Shown here: positions 39,141-48,883 of the stretch, piece after piece | How positions within the stretch are numbered: the stretch's first letter is position 1 | How the letters are laid out: each line of letters starts with the position of its first letter | Source of the DNA: an uncultured Chloroflexia bacterium | GTDB lineage: Bacteria; Chloroflexota; Limnocylindria; Limnocylindrales; CSP1-4 | Reading direction: 5' to 3' | Assembly: GCA_963731865.1 (NCBI GenBank) | Contig: CAVSXG010000002.1 | Coordinates: 612,057-676,056 of the forward strand | DNA: 64,000 bases | Translations under genes and position numbers: made by a program | Notes under the pieces: model-generated | Seen by the model: only the letters and a program-made list of their open reading frames with translations | Database searches by the model: none | What the model was told of the DNA's origin: nothing

Positions 39141-39596
39141 GTGTCCATTGCTCGATACAGGGCGGAGGTGGCGCGAGGCCTGACGCGAGTCGCGTTCGAG
39201 AATTGGCGCAGGCCTCGCCACCTGACGATGCACTGCCCAATCGCCACGATCAATACCCGGAGCCGAGTACTGGGTGCACCCGAGCACCGACGGCACCTTG
39301 GCCGATCTGGCCGCGCCCGAGCGTCCTAGAAGGGCTTGGGCATCCCGTTCAATGTCTGCAGCAGGAGCGTGACCGCCGCCCCCGCGAGCAAGCCTACGAC
39401 GACGCCCAAACGCAACTGTCGTCCTGGCAGGTCCATGGGCGAACCGTCGCTCAAGTCAATGAGCTTCGGTATCACTCCACGGTCCTGTCCAGGCGTGGTA
39501 CCGCAGACGCAACACGGTCCTCAGTCGGCGACTGGCCGAAGCACTGTCGTTCGGGTGCGCTGCCGTGGCGATCGCGCCGAGCGAACTGATCGGAAT

Positions 39597-39818
39597 CTAG
39601 CGCAACGGTCTCGTGACCTCACGCTGCGCGTCGATCCAGCCCTTGCCGGCATCCCAGAAGTAATCGCCATACCGATCGATCCCCTGCCGCGCCGCCTCCG
39701 CTTCCCAGCGGTCGCACCACCATTTGGCCGTGATCGGGTCCGTCCCGGCTCGAATGAGGGCATCGCGTACGCGCTCGCGGTTGATCTCGTACAAGCGCTT
39801 CTCGCTTCGTCGCGACAC
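39597..39818 (-). CDS. Small hypothetical Trp-rich protein
   Basis: 73 aa, non-repetitive, W/R-rich (WWCDRWEAEAARQGIDRYGDYFWDAGKGWID). Confidence 0.35.
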   Translation of the reverse strand: MSRRSEKRLYEINRERVRDALIRAGTDPITAKWWCDRWEAEAARQGIDRYGDYFWDAGKGWIDAQREVTRPLR

Positions 39819-40983
39819 TCGGCAGTTCCCCCGGCTTCAGCAATGCCCGATTGAGCGAAGCCTCGGTTCCGGTGCCCGCCCGGGGGAGAACAGAGCACGC
39901 ACCAAGGCTTCGCGGTCTGGACCATGCCTCGTCTGTTGCCCTCGATCAAGAGCAAACGAAAGTACCAGGTGCATGTTGGCACCGGCCCCGAGAGGCCGCC
40001 GAGGCTGGACATGTCAGCCGGGGCTGCGCCAGCGAAGGTGACGGCGGAACGTCCTGGGCTAACGGTCGGCCGGATGCCGCCGAAGCGCGCGCTCTTTCTC
40101 CTCGCGCGTAAGGGGCCTTCCCACACGGCGCATCGACTCAGCCTCGGCGCGGGCCAGGAACTCCGCACGTCGCCATGCTCGTAGTTTTCGCTGCCACCGC
40201 CAGTCGTCGAGTGCGGCCGGGCTCGTCATGTGCAACACGCTGGGCATCGTCGACTGCTCTTGTCGGTGTGAGCAATAGGGCGGATAGCCTACTGAAGTGT
40301 CGAGCATGGCCCGGCCCGTCGGCGGGCCGGCGACTGGATCGGGGAGAACAGCCGGCGCGGCTAGACGCGATTTCGGCGCGCGGCTGTCTGCATCCGTTCG
40401 TCCTCGCGATCGGCTGCAAGCCGCTCTTCGTTGGCACGCGCCTCGGCATCCGCGACAGCCTGGTCAGCTTGGACGTTGGCCGATCGCTGCGTCTCGGCTG
40501 CCCCTTGCCGAGCGCGGATTCTCGGGTCGACAGGCAGCTCAAATCCGTGACCGTTTCGACTCATGGTGTGGTCCCTCGCCGGCGCCGTGGATTGCCCGGC
40601 TGTGCACGGACCGCGTGCACCACATCCCACGCTAGCAGCCGGGGACCCGTGCGATGTGGACAACCCTGTCCAGTTACCCACAATTTGTATTCGCAGGCTA
40701 CGGCCCCGTCGGCTCGTCGAGGGTTGGCCGCGGGTTGGGCCTCACGATCCCATCGGGTTTCGTCGTCGCGTCCTGGAGGCCCCGTCGGTATGACGTCCGT
40801 ACCCTGGCGTGCTTGCGTTGCCGGGGGATCGTCTGCAATCGCGGAGCATGCCGAACCAGAAGCCTGGCACCGAGTCCTCTCCCAATGGCGCGGGGTCGAA
40901 CGCCAGTCGCTGCCAGAGCGCCCAGGCCCTGGGGGTCATTAAGCACCTCTGTCACAACCTGCGCAATCGGAGGCGCGGTTGGG

Positions 40984-41547
40984 TTACGGTGTCACGACCA
41001 GCTTGCCAACCATGCCCGTCTTGTAATGCGAAATCCGGTCGGCTCCCTCGACAACCGTGCAGAAATAGACGTACTCGCCCGCGGGCAGGTCCTCGACAGT
41101 GAAAATGGCCGCCTTGCCCTGGGCAACGGGGGACGACGTGACCAGCGGCTCGCCCAGGACTACGCCGATGGCCATGTTGTGGCGGGTACCAGTGTTCAAA
41201 CCGCCGCTGGGCCAGACATTCTCGACAAAGAACGCCACGCTGCCAGCCGTGGCCGCCACCTCGGTCGGCGTGTACGTCCAAGCATTGTTGAACGTCTGAA
41301 TCGCGATCGCGCCGGGTGGGGCGCTCGCTGCCGGAGTCGTCTCGCCGAGCAGGCCCGCCGACGCGGTAGCAGTGGCAGAGACCGACGTTGACGGCAATGG
41401 GGTCGCCACGCTCGGGCTGATCGGCGCAACTACGCTGTCCGGCGCGGCGGATGCCGCAACTCCTGCACAACCGGCGATCAGGGCTGTCCCGATGACGGCG
41501 GCCGCCATCCGGGGCGCATGAAACAAGGTGTCGGCCAGAATGCGCAT
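40984..41547 (-). CDS. Cupredoxin (blue-copper, plastocyanin/azurin-like) lipoprotein
   Basis: Lipobox LIAGCAG. Type-1 copper ligand pattern H...C...H...M (HNMAI...YFCTVVEGADRISHYKTGM). Confidence 0.65.
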   Translation of the reverse strand: MRILADTLFHAPRMAAAVIGTALIAGCAGVAASAAPDSVVAPISPSVATPLPSTSVSATATASAGLLGETTPAASAPPGAIAIQTFNNAWTYTPTEVAATAGSVAFFVENVWPSGGLNTGTRHNMAIGVVLGEPLVTSSPVAQGKAAIFTVEDLPAGEYVYFCTVVEGADRISHYKTGMVGKLVVTP

Positions 41548-41642
41548 GTCACCCCTCCTTCGTGTGCTCTGATGCGTTTTGCACGACGCGGAGCGCCCGG
41601 GGCGGCCCTGCCAGGAGATCAGCTCGAGGTCGCCGCGACGGG

Positions 41643-41849
41643 TCATCCCTTTCGACGGGGCCAGAGCCTGCCAACGAGCCAGAGAGCCGACAAGATGATC
41701 AGCCCAATTGCCCAGATAGCAATGAGACCGGCATCTACGATCATCTGGTCGAGGCGAGGCTTGGGGCTATTCAGCTTGAGGACATTCCAGGCGATAGCGA
41801 CGACCACCCATGAGAGGACCGCCCAGGTTGTCAACCGCCAGGAACGCAT
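41643..41849 (-). CDS. Small two-TM membrane protein
   Basis: MRSWRLTTWAVLSWVVVAIAWNV...LIAIWAIGLIILSALWLVG. Its stop overlaps the cupredoxin start by 4 nt. Confidence 0.4.
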   Translation of the reverse strand: MRSWRLTTWAVLSWVVVAIAWNVLKLNSPKPRLDQMIVDAGLIAIWAIGLIILSALWLVGRLWPRRKG

Positions 41850-42142
41850 AGCCACTGCATGGTACGGCCCTGCGTCGGCCCATCGAAGCTGGACCCCCGA
41901 AGGCGTGATCACGACGCTGGGACCGGCGCGAGGGCGGAAGCTGGGTGTGTCAGGCGGGGATTAGCTGCGGCTTGTCGCGACATTCGGGTGTGTCTGATAG
42001 GACTCTCGGATGCTTTCGGCGCCGCTTGGCCGCCCGTACATTCCCGGGCAAGAGAAGCATCCGGGACGTGGCCGATTGGATCCTGAACCAGCCGGCTGAC
42101 CCCGAGGCTTCTCTTCTCTTTGGGCGGCGTCCACAAAACGAC

Positions 42143-42160
42143 CATTCGCAAATGCGAATG
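42143..42160. promoter_or_regulatory. Perfect 8-2-8 palindrome CATTCGCAAATGCGAATG in a non-coding region (candidate operator)
   Basis: Seen directly in sequence. Flanked by other inverted repeats (AGAGAAGC...GCTTCTCT; CGTTCGG...CCGAACG). Confidence 0.3.
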
Positions 42161-42372
42161 CCCGTGAATTTGGCGGGGCATGAAAAAGCGTTCGGACGGT
42201 GGGGGGATACCGCCCGAACGCTCATGAGTGCGAGAGCCCCCGGACTCCCAACGGCGAGACCATATGTCTCCGCACCGGTCACGGTCACTAGGTGAGGTGC
42301 CCTATCCGGTGGCCACGCGATCGACGCTGGCCCGGCCCATCCGCGCCCGAAGGCCGGTTTCGCGTGTGAATG

Positions 42373-42449
42373 TGGTCGGGGCGGCCGGATTTGAACCGAC
42401 GACCACCAGTCCCCCAGACTGGTGCGCTACCAGACTGCGCCACGCCCCG
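42373..42449 (-). tRNA. tRNA-Pro (anticodon GGG)
   Basis: Manual cloverleaf: acceptor CGGGGCG/CGCCCCG, anticodon stem CCAGT/ACTGG with loop CTGGGGG (G37), T-arm GTCGG-TTCAAAT-CCGGC, encoded CCA. Confidence 0.8.
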
Positions 42450-42480
42450 ACGCGCCTCGGAGTCTAGCAGAGGCCCGAGC

Positions 42481-43530
42481 TCACCCCTCCCCCGCGCGCC
42501 CGAGCTGCTCGACCCAGCGACCGTAGTCGGCGAGCTCGTCCTTTGACTCCCTGGCCAGCAGATCAATCAGGCATCGTTGGACGCTCTTGCCCTCGAATAG
42601 CGCGTTGTGGACCTCGCGCGCGATCGGCATCTCGACCCCGACCCGATCGGCAAACGCGAGAGCAGCGTCCACGGTATATGCGCCTTCGGCCGTCCCGGGC
42701 ATGGTGGCTTCGATCTCCGGCCATGGCCGGCCACGGGCGAGCTCGGCACCCAGCCGGTAGTTCCGTGAGAGCCCCGAGCCGCACGTCGCAATCACATCGC
42801 CAACACCAGCGAGCCCGGCGAAGGTCAGCGGGTTGGCTCCGGCGGCGATCCCCAGCCGGGTCATCTCGGCGAGCCCCCGGGTGATCAACCCCGCCTTGCC
42901 GTTGTCGCCAAACCCGAGTGCATCGGCCGCACCGGCGGCGATGGCCACGATGTTCTTGAGCGCGCCGCAGAGCTCAACCCCAAGGATGTCGGCGTTGACG
43001 TACAGCCGGAATTCGCGGCGACCGAGCCGAGCCACGACTCGCTGACCGAGCTCCGTGTCCGGCGCTGCAATCACCGCCGACGCCGGCAACCCCCGCGCGA
43101 TCTCGAGCGCGAGGTTGGGGCCCGACAGCGCAGCCACGCGCCCGGGCGGGACGGATCCGCCGGACACGATCACCTCGCTCATCCGGAGCAGGGTGCCAGT
43201 CTCGAGCCCCTTGACTACCGAGACGAGGTCCGCGCTGGCTGCGACGTACGGGACAAGGGCGCTGACCGTCTTTCGGAGGTGCCGCGACGGCGTCGCGAAG
43301 ATCACGAGGTCGGTCGCCGCCGAGATGTCCGTCGGATCGGCGGTCGGTACGACTCCCTCGGGCAGGTCGATTCCCGGCAGACGACGTTCGTTTCGCCGTG
43401 TCCGCGCGATCTCGTCCGCAACTGCCGCGGAGTGGCAGAGCAAGGTCACCGGTTCGGTCCCGGCGATCAGCCTGGCAAGGGTCGTCCCCCAGGCACCGGC
43501 GCCGACGACCGCGACCCGCGGGGTGGTCAT
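42481..43530 (-). CDS. gpsA: NAD(P)H-dependent glycerol-3-phosphate dehydrogenase
   Basis: MTTPRVAVVGAGAWGTTLA Rossmann motif and full-length GpsA similarity. Confidence 0.9.
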   Translation of the reverse strand: MTTPRVAVVGAGAWGTTLARLIAGTEPVTLLCHSAAVADEIARTRRNERRLPGIDLPEGVVPTADPTDISAATDLVIFATPSRHLRKTVSALVPYVAASADLVSVVKGLETGTLLRMSEVIVSGGSVPPGRVAALSGPNLALEIARGLPASAVIAAPDTELGQRVVARLGRREFRLYVNADILGVELCGALKNIVAIAAGAADALGFGDNGKAGLITRGLAEMTRLGIAAGANPLTFAGLAGVGDVIATCGSGLSRNYRLGAELARGRPWPEIEATMPGTAEGAYTVDAALAFADRVGVEMPIAREVHNALFEGKSVQRCLIDLLARESKDELADYGRWVEQLGRAGEG

Positions 43531-45170
43531 CCGCGCGATTTGCGCGGCCGTCCGGTCGTCCCGCTCGGCTTCCCGGAGCCGCCTGGCGCACGCCGGGCGC
43601 CACGCACGGTCGACACCGGCGCCGATCGCTGCTTGCGGCGACGAGGAAGCTTGACGGACGCCCGATCGCGGAACACCAGCCGGATCGGGGTGCCGTCGAA
43701 CCCGAACGTGTCACGCAGGCAATTCTCGAGGTACCGCCGATAGCTGAAGTGCACGGACGAGGCGTCCGACGCGAAGAACACGAACGTCGGGGGCGCCACC
43801 GCGGCCTGGGTCGCATAGAACAACTTGGGTCGGTGCCCGCGGACCGGCGGCGGTGGCGTCCGATCGATCGCAGCCAGGACCACCCGGTTGAGCGCACCGG
43901 TCGAGATCCGCTTTCGCCGTTCGCCCCAGATATCGATGGCCGTCTCGAGCACACGACCGACTCGCTGACCGGTCTTGGCGCTGATCGAGAGGATCGGCGC
44001 GAAGTCGAGGAACGGAACCTCGTTCCGGATCCACTCGGTGTACTGGTTGAACGTCTTGTCCGTCTTGTCTTCGACGAGATCCCACTTGTTGACCGCGATC
44101 ACGAGGCCCTTGCCTTCCTCGACGATGTACCCGGCCACATGGGCGTCCTGCGAGGTCAGCCCCTCGACCGCGTCGATCACCAGGACCGCGACGTCGGCCC
44201 TCGACAACGCGTGCAGCGCCCGGAGCGTCGAGTACCGCTCGGCGGCCGGCCCGCCGGCGACCTTGCCGCGACGCCGGATGCCGGCCGTGTCGATGAGAAC
44301 CACCTCGCTCCGGCCCCACGCGAGCCGCGTATCGATCGCGTCGCGGGTCGTCCCGGGGACCTCCGACACGATCGCGCGCTCCTCGCCAAGCAGCGCGTTG
44401 AGCAGGCTCGACTTGCCGACGTTCGGGCGTCCGACAAACGCGATTGCGGCGGGCTCGCCATCGGCATCGGCCGCCATCGCGGCGTCCCACCGGCGCATCT
44501 CGGCGGTGTCGGCCGCGTCAACGCCGTCCCCATCGTCGTCCTCGTCGAGCTCAGGGTCGCCGACCACGAACGGCTCCAGGCGACCGGCGGCGACCTCGCT
44601 CGCCCACGTTTCCGCTTCGGCCTCCCTGGCTTTGCGGGCCAGTTCGGCCTCGCTTTCGGGCGGCAGCGCCCACACGATCGCATCGAGGAGGTCGCCCGTC
44701 CCTCGACCGTGCGATGCGGAGATCGTGTACGTCTCCTCCCAGCCGAGCGAATGGAACTCGGCGCCTTCGAGCTCGCGTTTCTCGTTGTCGGCCTTGTTGA
44801 CCGTCACGATGACCGGCGCCTTCGCGCGGCGCAGGATGTCGGCGGCCTCCAGGTCGGCCGGCGTCAGGCCACTGATGGCATCGACGATGAACAGGATGAC
44901 GTCGGCCTCGGCGATCGCGAGCCGGGCCTGTTCCTGGACACGCGCCTCGATCGAATCACCCGGGTCGAGCTCGAGCCCACCGGTGTCGACGATGACGAAG
45001 CGACGGCCGTTCCACTCCGTGTCGCCATAGAGCCGATCGCGCGTCGTGCGCGCCCGATCCTCGACGATGGCCGACCGCTGGCCGAGGAACCGGTTGAACA
45101 GCGTGCTCTTGCCGACATTCGGGCGTCCGACGATCGCGACGACCGGGATGCCGCCCCTGGTGCTCGCCAC
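43527..45170 (-). CDS. der: Ribosome biogenesis GTPase Der (EngA)
   Basis: Two GTPase domains (IVGRPNVGKSTLFN; FVGRPNVGKSSLLN) plus a KH-like C-terminus. An acidic insert lies between the G domains. Confidence 0.9.
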   Translation of the reverse strand: MASTRGGIPVVAIVGRPNVGKSTLFNRFLGQRSAIVEDRARTTRDRLYGDTEWNGRRFVIVDTGGLELDPGDSIEARVQEQARLAIAEADVILFIVDAISGLTPADLEAADILRRAKAPVIVTVNKADNEKRELEGAEFHSLGWEETYTISASHGRGTGDLLDAIVWALPPESEAELARKAREAEAETWASEVAAGRLEPFVVGDPELDEDDDGDGVDAADTAEMRRWDAAMAADADGEPAAIAFVGRPNVGKSSLLNALLGEERAIVSEVPGTTRDAIDTRLAWGRSEVVLIDTAGIRRRGKVAGGPAAERYSTLRALHALSRADVAVLVIDAVEGLTSQDAHVAGYIVEEGKGLVIAVNKWDLVEDKTDKTFNQYTEWIRNEVPFLDFAPILSISAKTGQRVGRVLETAIDIWGERRKRISTGALNRVVLAAIDRTPPPPVRGHRPKLFYATQAAVAPPTFVFFASDASSVHFSYRRYLENCLRDTFGFDGTPIRLVFRDRASVKLPRRRKQRSAPVSTVRGARRAPGGSGKPSGTTGRPRKSRG

Positions 45171-45173
45171 GGG

Positions 45174-46154
45174 CTAGGCCGCGCCGGTCTGGACGGTCGC
45201 GCGTGCGGGTTTCGGCAGGGACGTGGTCCGGCCTGCGGGCGTCGCCGCCCGCTCCAGGGCGGCTTCGGCCAGCCGCACGGCGTTGGCGCTCGCCTCGGAC
45301 GTCCCCGCGAGGGTGAGGATGCGCTCGGTCACGTCGCGCAGGTCCTCGATCGGCGTCGAGGTACCGCCGGTCACGCCGACGATCCTGGAGCCGTCGAAGA
45401 CGGTCGCGTCCTCGAGGTCGCGGACGTTCTCGATCTGGATTGCGGGCGTCCCGGCGATCTCGCAGAGACGGGTTAGCTCCTTCGTGTTCGCGCTCGACCG
45501 CCCGCCGACGACGACCATCAGGTCGACCTCACCGGCCGTCTCGAGGGTGTCCTCCTGGCGCCGGATCGTCACGGGGCAAACCGTGTTGACGATCTTGAGC
45601 TCGTGAGCGCGCGAAACCATCAAGGCAGCGAGCTTCTCGAACTTCCAGGGTGGCTGGGTCGACTGCGAGATCAGGGCCATCCGCTTGCGCCGCGGGATCG
45701 CGGCGTCCCATTCCTCCTCCTCGTCGACGACGATGGCGTCGGGGGCAAAGCCGAGCAGCCCGACCACTTCGGGGTGTCTGGGCGTGCCCATCAGCACGAT
45801 CGTGTAGCCGTCCTCGACGAGCTTCTGGAGCTCCTTCTGCTCCTGGATCACCCATGTGCAGGTCCCGTCGATCACCTCGAGCCCACGCGCGTCGGCGCGA
45901 GCCATCACGTCTGGGCGGACGCCATGGGCACGAATGACGACGGCCGCGCCATGATCGACGTCGTCGAGCGTTTCGACCGTTCGAATGCCGAGGTCCTGGA
46001 GATCGCGGACCACCCCCTCGTTATGGACGACCTGTCCGAGGGTGTGTGTGGGCTTCCCGGCGGCCGAGGCCTCCTTCGCCTTGTCGATCGCCTCGCGAAC
46101 GCCATAGCAGAAGCCGGTGCGCTTCGCGATACGGACCTCCTCGACGGTACCCAT
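45174..46154 (-). CDS. ispH: 4-hydroxy-3-methylbut-2-enyl diphosphate reductase
   Basis: RIAKRTGFCYGV...VHNEGV...TCTWV...VCPVT conserved Cys/His ligands of IspH/LytB. Start at ATG 46154. Confidence 0.85.
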   Translation of the reverse strand: MGTVEEVRIAKRTGFCYGVREAIDKAKEASAAGKPTHTLGQVVHNEGVVRDLQDLGIRTVETLDDVDHGAAVVIRAHGVRPDVMARADARGLEVIDGTCTWVIQEQKELQKLVEDGYTIVLMGTPRHPEVVGLLGFAPDAIVVDEEEEWDAAIPRRKRMALISQSTQPPWKFEKLAALMVSRAHELKIVNTVCPVTIRRQEDTLETAGEVDLMVVVGGRSSANTKELTRLCEIAGTPAIQIENVRDLEDATVFDGSRIVGVTGGTSTPIEDLRDVTERILTLAGTSEASANAVRLAEAALERAATPAGRTTSLPKPARATVQTGAA

Positions 46155-46161
46155 GCGTGAA

Positions 46162-46938
46162 TTATCGCACGGGGTCCCGGACCGCCCTCCCGACGTCGCC
46201 ATAGGGTCCGCGTTGTCCAGGCGGCAACAGCCCCGCGATCCGCCGCATGATCACGCCCGTCACGAGCCCCTTGGCGGCCGATCGAGACGTGTCCGGCGGG
46301 ATCTCGTCGGCGGGGCGGAATGGCGGTCCGACGCGGATCGTGACGCGCCCGCCCGGGTGTGGGAGCCGTTGCCCGCGCGGCCACACCAGGTGCGACCCGC
46401 TGATGGCGAGAGGAACGACCGGGGCCGCCGTCCGGAGGGCGAGCAGCGCCAGGCCGTCACGAGCCGACTGGAGCGCGCCGTCACGGCTGCGCGTTCCCTC
46501 GGGGAACACGAACAGGATGTGCCCCTCGTCCAGGATGCGTTGGGCGAGCCGGAACGCGTCCACGTCCGCGGCGCCGCGATCGACCGGGTGCACGCCCCCG
46601 TTGGCGGCTGCCCAACCAATGAGCGGCCAATCGAAGAGCTCCTTCTTGCCGAGCCAGTGGATCCGCCGCCCGAGTCGGGGGATCAGCCATGAGCCAATCA
46701 CCACGGCATCGAGGTTCGAGGCGTGGTTGGCGGCGAGGATGAGCGGGCCTTTGCGAGGGAGCTCGTCGAGCGCACCCTCGAGCGAGATGCGGGTCACTGC
46801 CCGACCAAAGATGCGACCGGCGAACGTCAGGATCGCGATCAACGGCGAGATCGAGTCGTCGAGCGGCTCTGGCGCCGGTCGTGCGGTCCCTTCGACCGGC
46901 GGTGCGCCGTCTGGTCCGCCGCCAGGCTCGGCGGTCAC
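46162..46938 (-). CDS. 1-acyl-sn-glycerol-3-phosphate acyltransferase (PlsC family)
   Basis: NHASNLD (HxxxxD) and FPEGTRS motifs. Confidence 0.8.
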   Translation of the reverse strand: MTAEPGGGPDGAPPVEGTARPAPEPLDDSISPLIAILTFAGRIFGRAVTRISLEGALDELPRKGPLILAANHASNLDAVVIGSWLIPRLGRRIHWLGKKELFDWPLIGWAAANGGVHPVDRGAADVDAFRLAQRILDEGHILFVFPEGTRSRDGALQSARDGLALLALRTAAPVVPLAISGSHLVWPRGQRLPHPGGRVTIRVGPPFRPADEIPPDTSRSAAKGLVTGVIMRRIAGLLPPGQRGPYGDVGRAVRDPVR

Positions 46939-47672
46939 CGGGCGCTCGACGGCTCGGCTTCGGACGCCCGGCGCGCTTGCGCGTCAAGGATCGCGCCGGC
47001 GACCGCATCGACCGTGTCCTCGAAGCGGTTGCCGTCTGTCGCGATGATCCGCGCATCCGGTGCGGGGCGCAGCGGAGCGATTGCCCGGGTCGAGTCGAGT
47101 CGGTCGCGTTCCCGCAGCGCGGTGAGGATGGCTCGTGCATCGTCGTCCTCGGGATCGAGTCCGCGCTCCTCGGCGCGCCGCCTGGCTCGTTCCTCGACCG
47201 ACGCGTCGAGAAAGATCTTGAGATCCGCGTCGGGCAGGACGACCGTCCCGATGTCGCGCCCGGCCATCACGATCCCGCCCCCCGCCGCGAGCGCTCGTTG
47301 CCGCTCGAGCAGGGCGGCACGAAGCTCAGGGATCGCGGAAACGGCCGAGACCGCCGCATCGACCGGCGGGGTGTGGACTTCGGCCGTTCGGTCGATCCCG
47401 TCCACGAGGACCGAGGACAGGCGTCCGGCCTTGTCAGCGGCGAGTTCGACCTCCGTGGCGAGGGTTCGCAGGCCCGTCGGATCCGTGGCCGGAACACCTC
47501 GCGCCAGCGACAGCCAGGTCACGGCCCGGTACAGCAGCCCCGTGTCACAGAACCGGTACCCGACCTGGAGCGCGGCCGCCGCGCCCACGCTGCTCTTGCC
47601 GGACGATCCCGGACCGTCGAGCGCGACGATGAGGCGTGTTGGGTCGGGGAGGGACGATCGAGGGGAGTCCAC
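46935..47672 (-). CDS. cmk: Cytidylate kinase
   Basis: IVALDGPGSSGKSS P-loop and Cmk-wide similarity. Confidence 0.85.
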   Translation of the reverse strand: MDSPRSSLPDPTRLIVALDGPGSSGKSSVGAAAALQVGYRFCDTGLLYRAVTWLSLARGVPATDPTGLRTLATEVELAADKAGRLSSVLVDGIDRTAEVHTPPVDAAVSAVSAIPELRAALLERQRALAAGGGIVMAGRDIGTVVLPDADLKIFLDASVEERARRRAEERGLDPEDDDARAILTALRERDRLDSTRAIAPLRPAPDARIIATDGNRFEDTVDAVAGAILDAQARRASEAEPSSAR

Positions 47673-47736
47673 GTCTTCAGGATAGCCGAGGCTCAGTCGG
47701 CCACTCCGGCCTTGCCCACCTCGCTATCGTTGCGAC

Positions 47737-48009
47737 ATGAAAGGCGATCGGATCGAGGCATTGGTCGACACCGGCCAGGGCGTCCAGGCCTTCGAGATCA
47801 CGGCAACGCGCGCGGGACGACGCGTGGAGGTCACCACGGCCCGCGGCGTGGTCGAGGTGCGTGAGGTGACTCGCAGCGGCCAGACCGTCCGGACGGGTCG
47901 CTTCATGACGAGCCGGCTGATCGCTCTCGTCGAACACCCAGCCGCCGACGAGCGTGGCCGCGTGGAGATATCGACGAGCCACCGGATCCAGCCGCGAGGA
48001 TCGGGCTAA
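47737..48009 (+). CDS. Small hypothetical protein
   Basis: 90 aa ORF with ~85% GC3, non-repetitive, alone on the plus strand between cmk and rluB. Confidence 0.35.
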   Translation: MKGDRIEALVDTGQGVQAFEITATRAGRRVEVTTARGVVEVREVTRSGQTVRTGRFMTSRLIALVEHPAADERGRVEISTSHRIQPRGSG

Positions 48010-48028
48010 CCGGAGGCTCGAGCGCCGA

Positions 48029-48883
48029 TCAGCAATTCACCCGTCGTCGTGGCGGCTGCGGCGAGTCCGAGCTGCGCGATCGGGCCGGGCTCGTGGCTAC
48101 GCCTGCGCGGCTGGTGCCCGCGCCCGCGCCGAGGCCTCTGATCTCCGGTGCGCGGAGGCGTCGCGCTCGGCCACTCGGAAGGTCGTCGAGGCGAACAGGT
48201 CCGATCCGCACCCGGACGAGCCGGTCGATTGGCGCGCCGACGGCCCCGAACATCCGGCGCAACTGCCGCTTCCAACCCTGCGCCAGGATCGCGCGGTACC
48301 ACGACAGCTCGGGAGGCGGCGGCGCAAGGAGGTCCACGAGCCGACGTGTCTCGAGCTCGGTCGTGGCGCGCAGGCCGGTCAAGGTGGCGAGACCCTCGTC
48401 AACCTGGATCCCGGCACGAAGCGTCGCGACCTGGTCGGCCGACAACGGCTGTCGCAGCCCGATCGCATATTCGCGCTCGATCCCGTGTCGTGGGTGGAGG
48501 ACCCGATCGGCCCAGGCACCGTCGTTGGTGAGGATCAGCAGGCCCTCGGAGTCCTGGTCGAGTCGCCCTACCGGGTAGAGGCGCGCGCCCTCGGGCACCA
48601 GGGCCGTCGGCAGCAGTTCGAGCACGGTCCGCGACGCGTGCCGGTCGCGAACGGTCGCCGTGACACCACCCGGCTTGTGGAGCAGGAGGTACGCCGTCGC
48701 GGCGGCGGCGCCGATCACGCGCCCATCAACGGCAATGACAGCCTTGTCCGGGTCGACCTGGCTGCCAAGCGTCGCGACCTTCCCATCGACCGTGACGCGA
48801 CCGGCGCCGATGAGGACCTCGCTCGCCCGGCGCGACGCCACGCCCGACGCCGCGAGCACCTTCTGGAGCCGTTCCGCCGGCAT
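48029..48883 (-). CDS. rluB: Pseudouridine synthase (RsuA/RluB family) with S4 domain
   Basis: S4 RNA-binding N-terminus (RLQKVLAASGVASRR), catalytic RLD motif, LYPVGRLDQDSEGLLILTNDG. Confidence 0.85.
   Translation of the reverse strand: MPAERLQKVLAASGVASRRASEVLIGAGRVTVDGKVATLGSQVDPDKAVIAVDGRVIGAAAATAYLLLHKPGGVTATVRDRHASRTVLELLPTALVPEGARLYPVGRLDQDSEGLLILTNDGAWADRVLHPRHGIEREYAIGLRQPLSADQVATLRAGIQVDEGLATLTGLRATTELETRRLVDLLAPPPPELSWYRAILAQGWKRQLRRMFGAVGAPIDRLVRVRIGPVRLDDLPSGRARRLRAPEIRGLGAGAGTSRAGVATSPARSRSSDSPQPPRRRVNC

Noticed and set aside
41913-42372. tmRNA or RNase P RNA next to tRNA-Pro.
   Set aside because: No tRNA-like 3' domain beyond tRNA-Pro itself, no tag-peptide reading frame, and no GGAAAGUCCGGGCUCC P4 signature on either strand.
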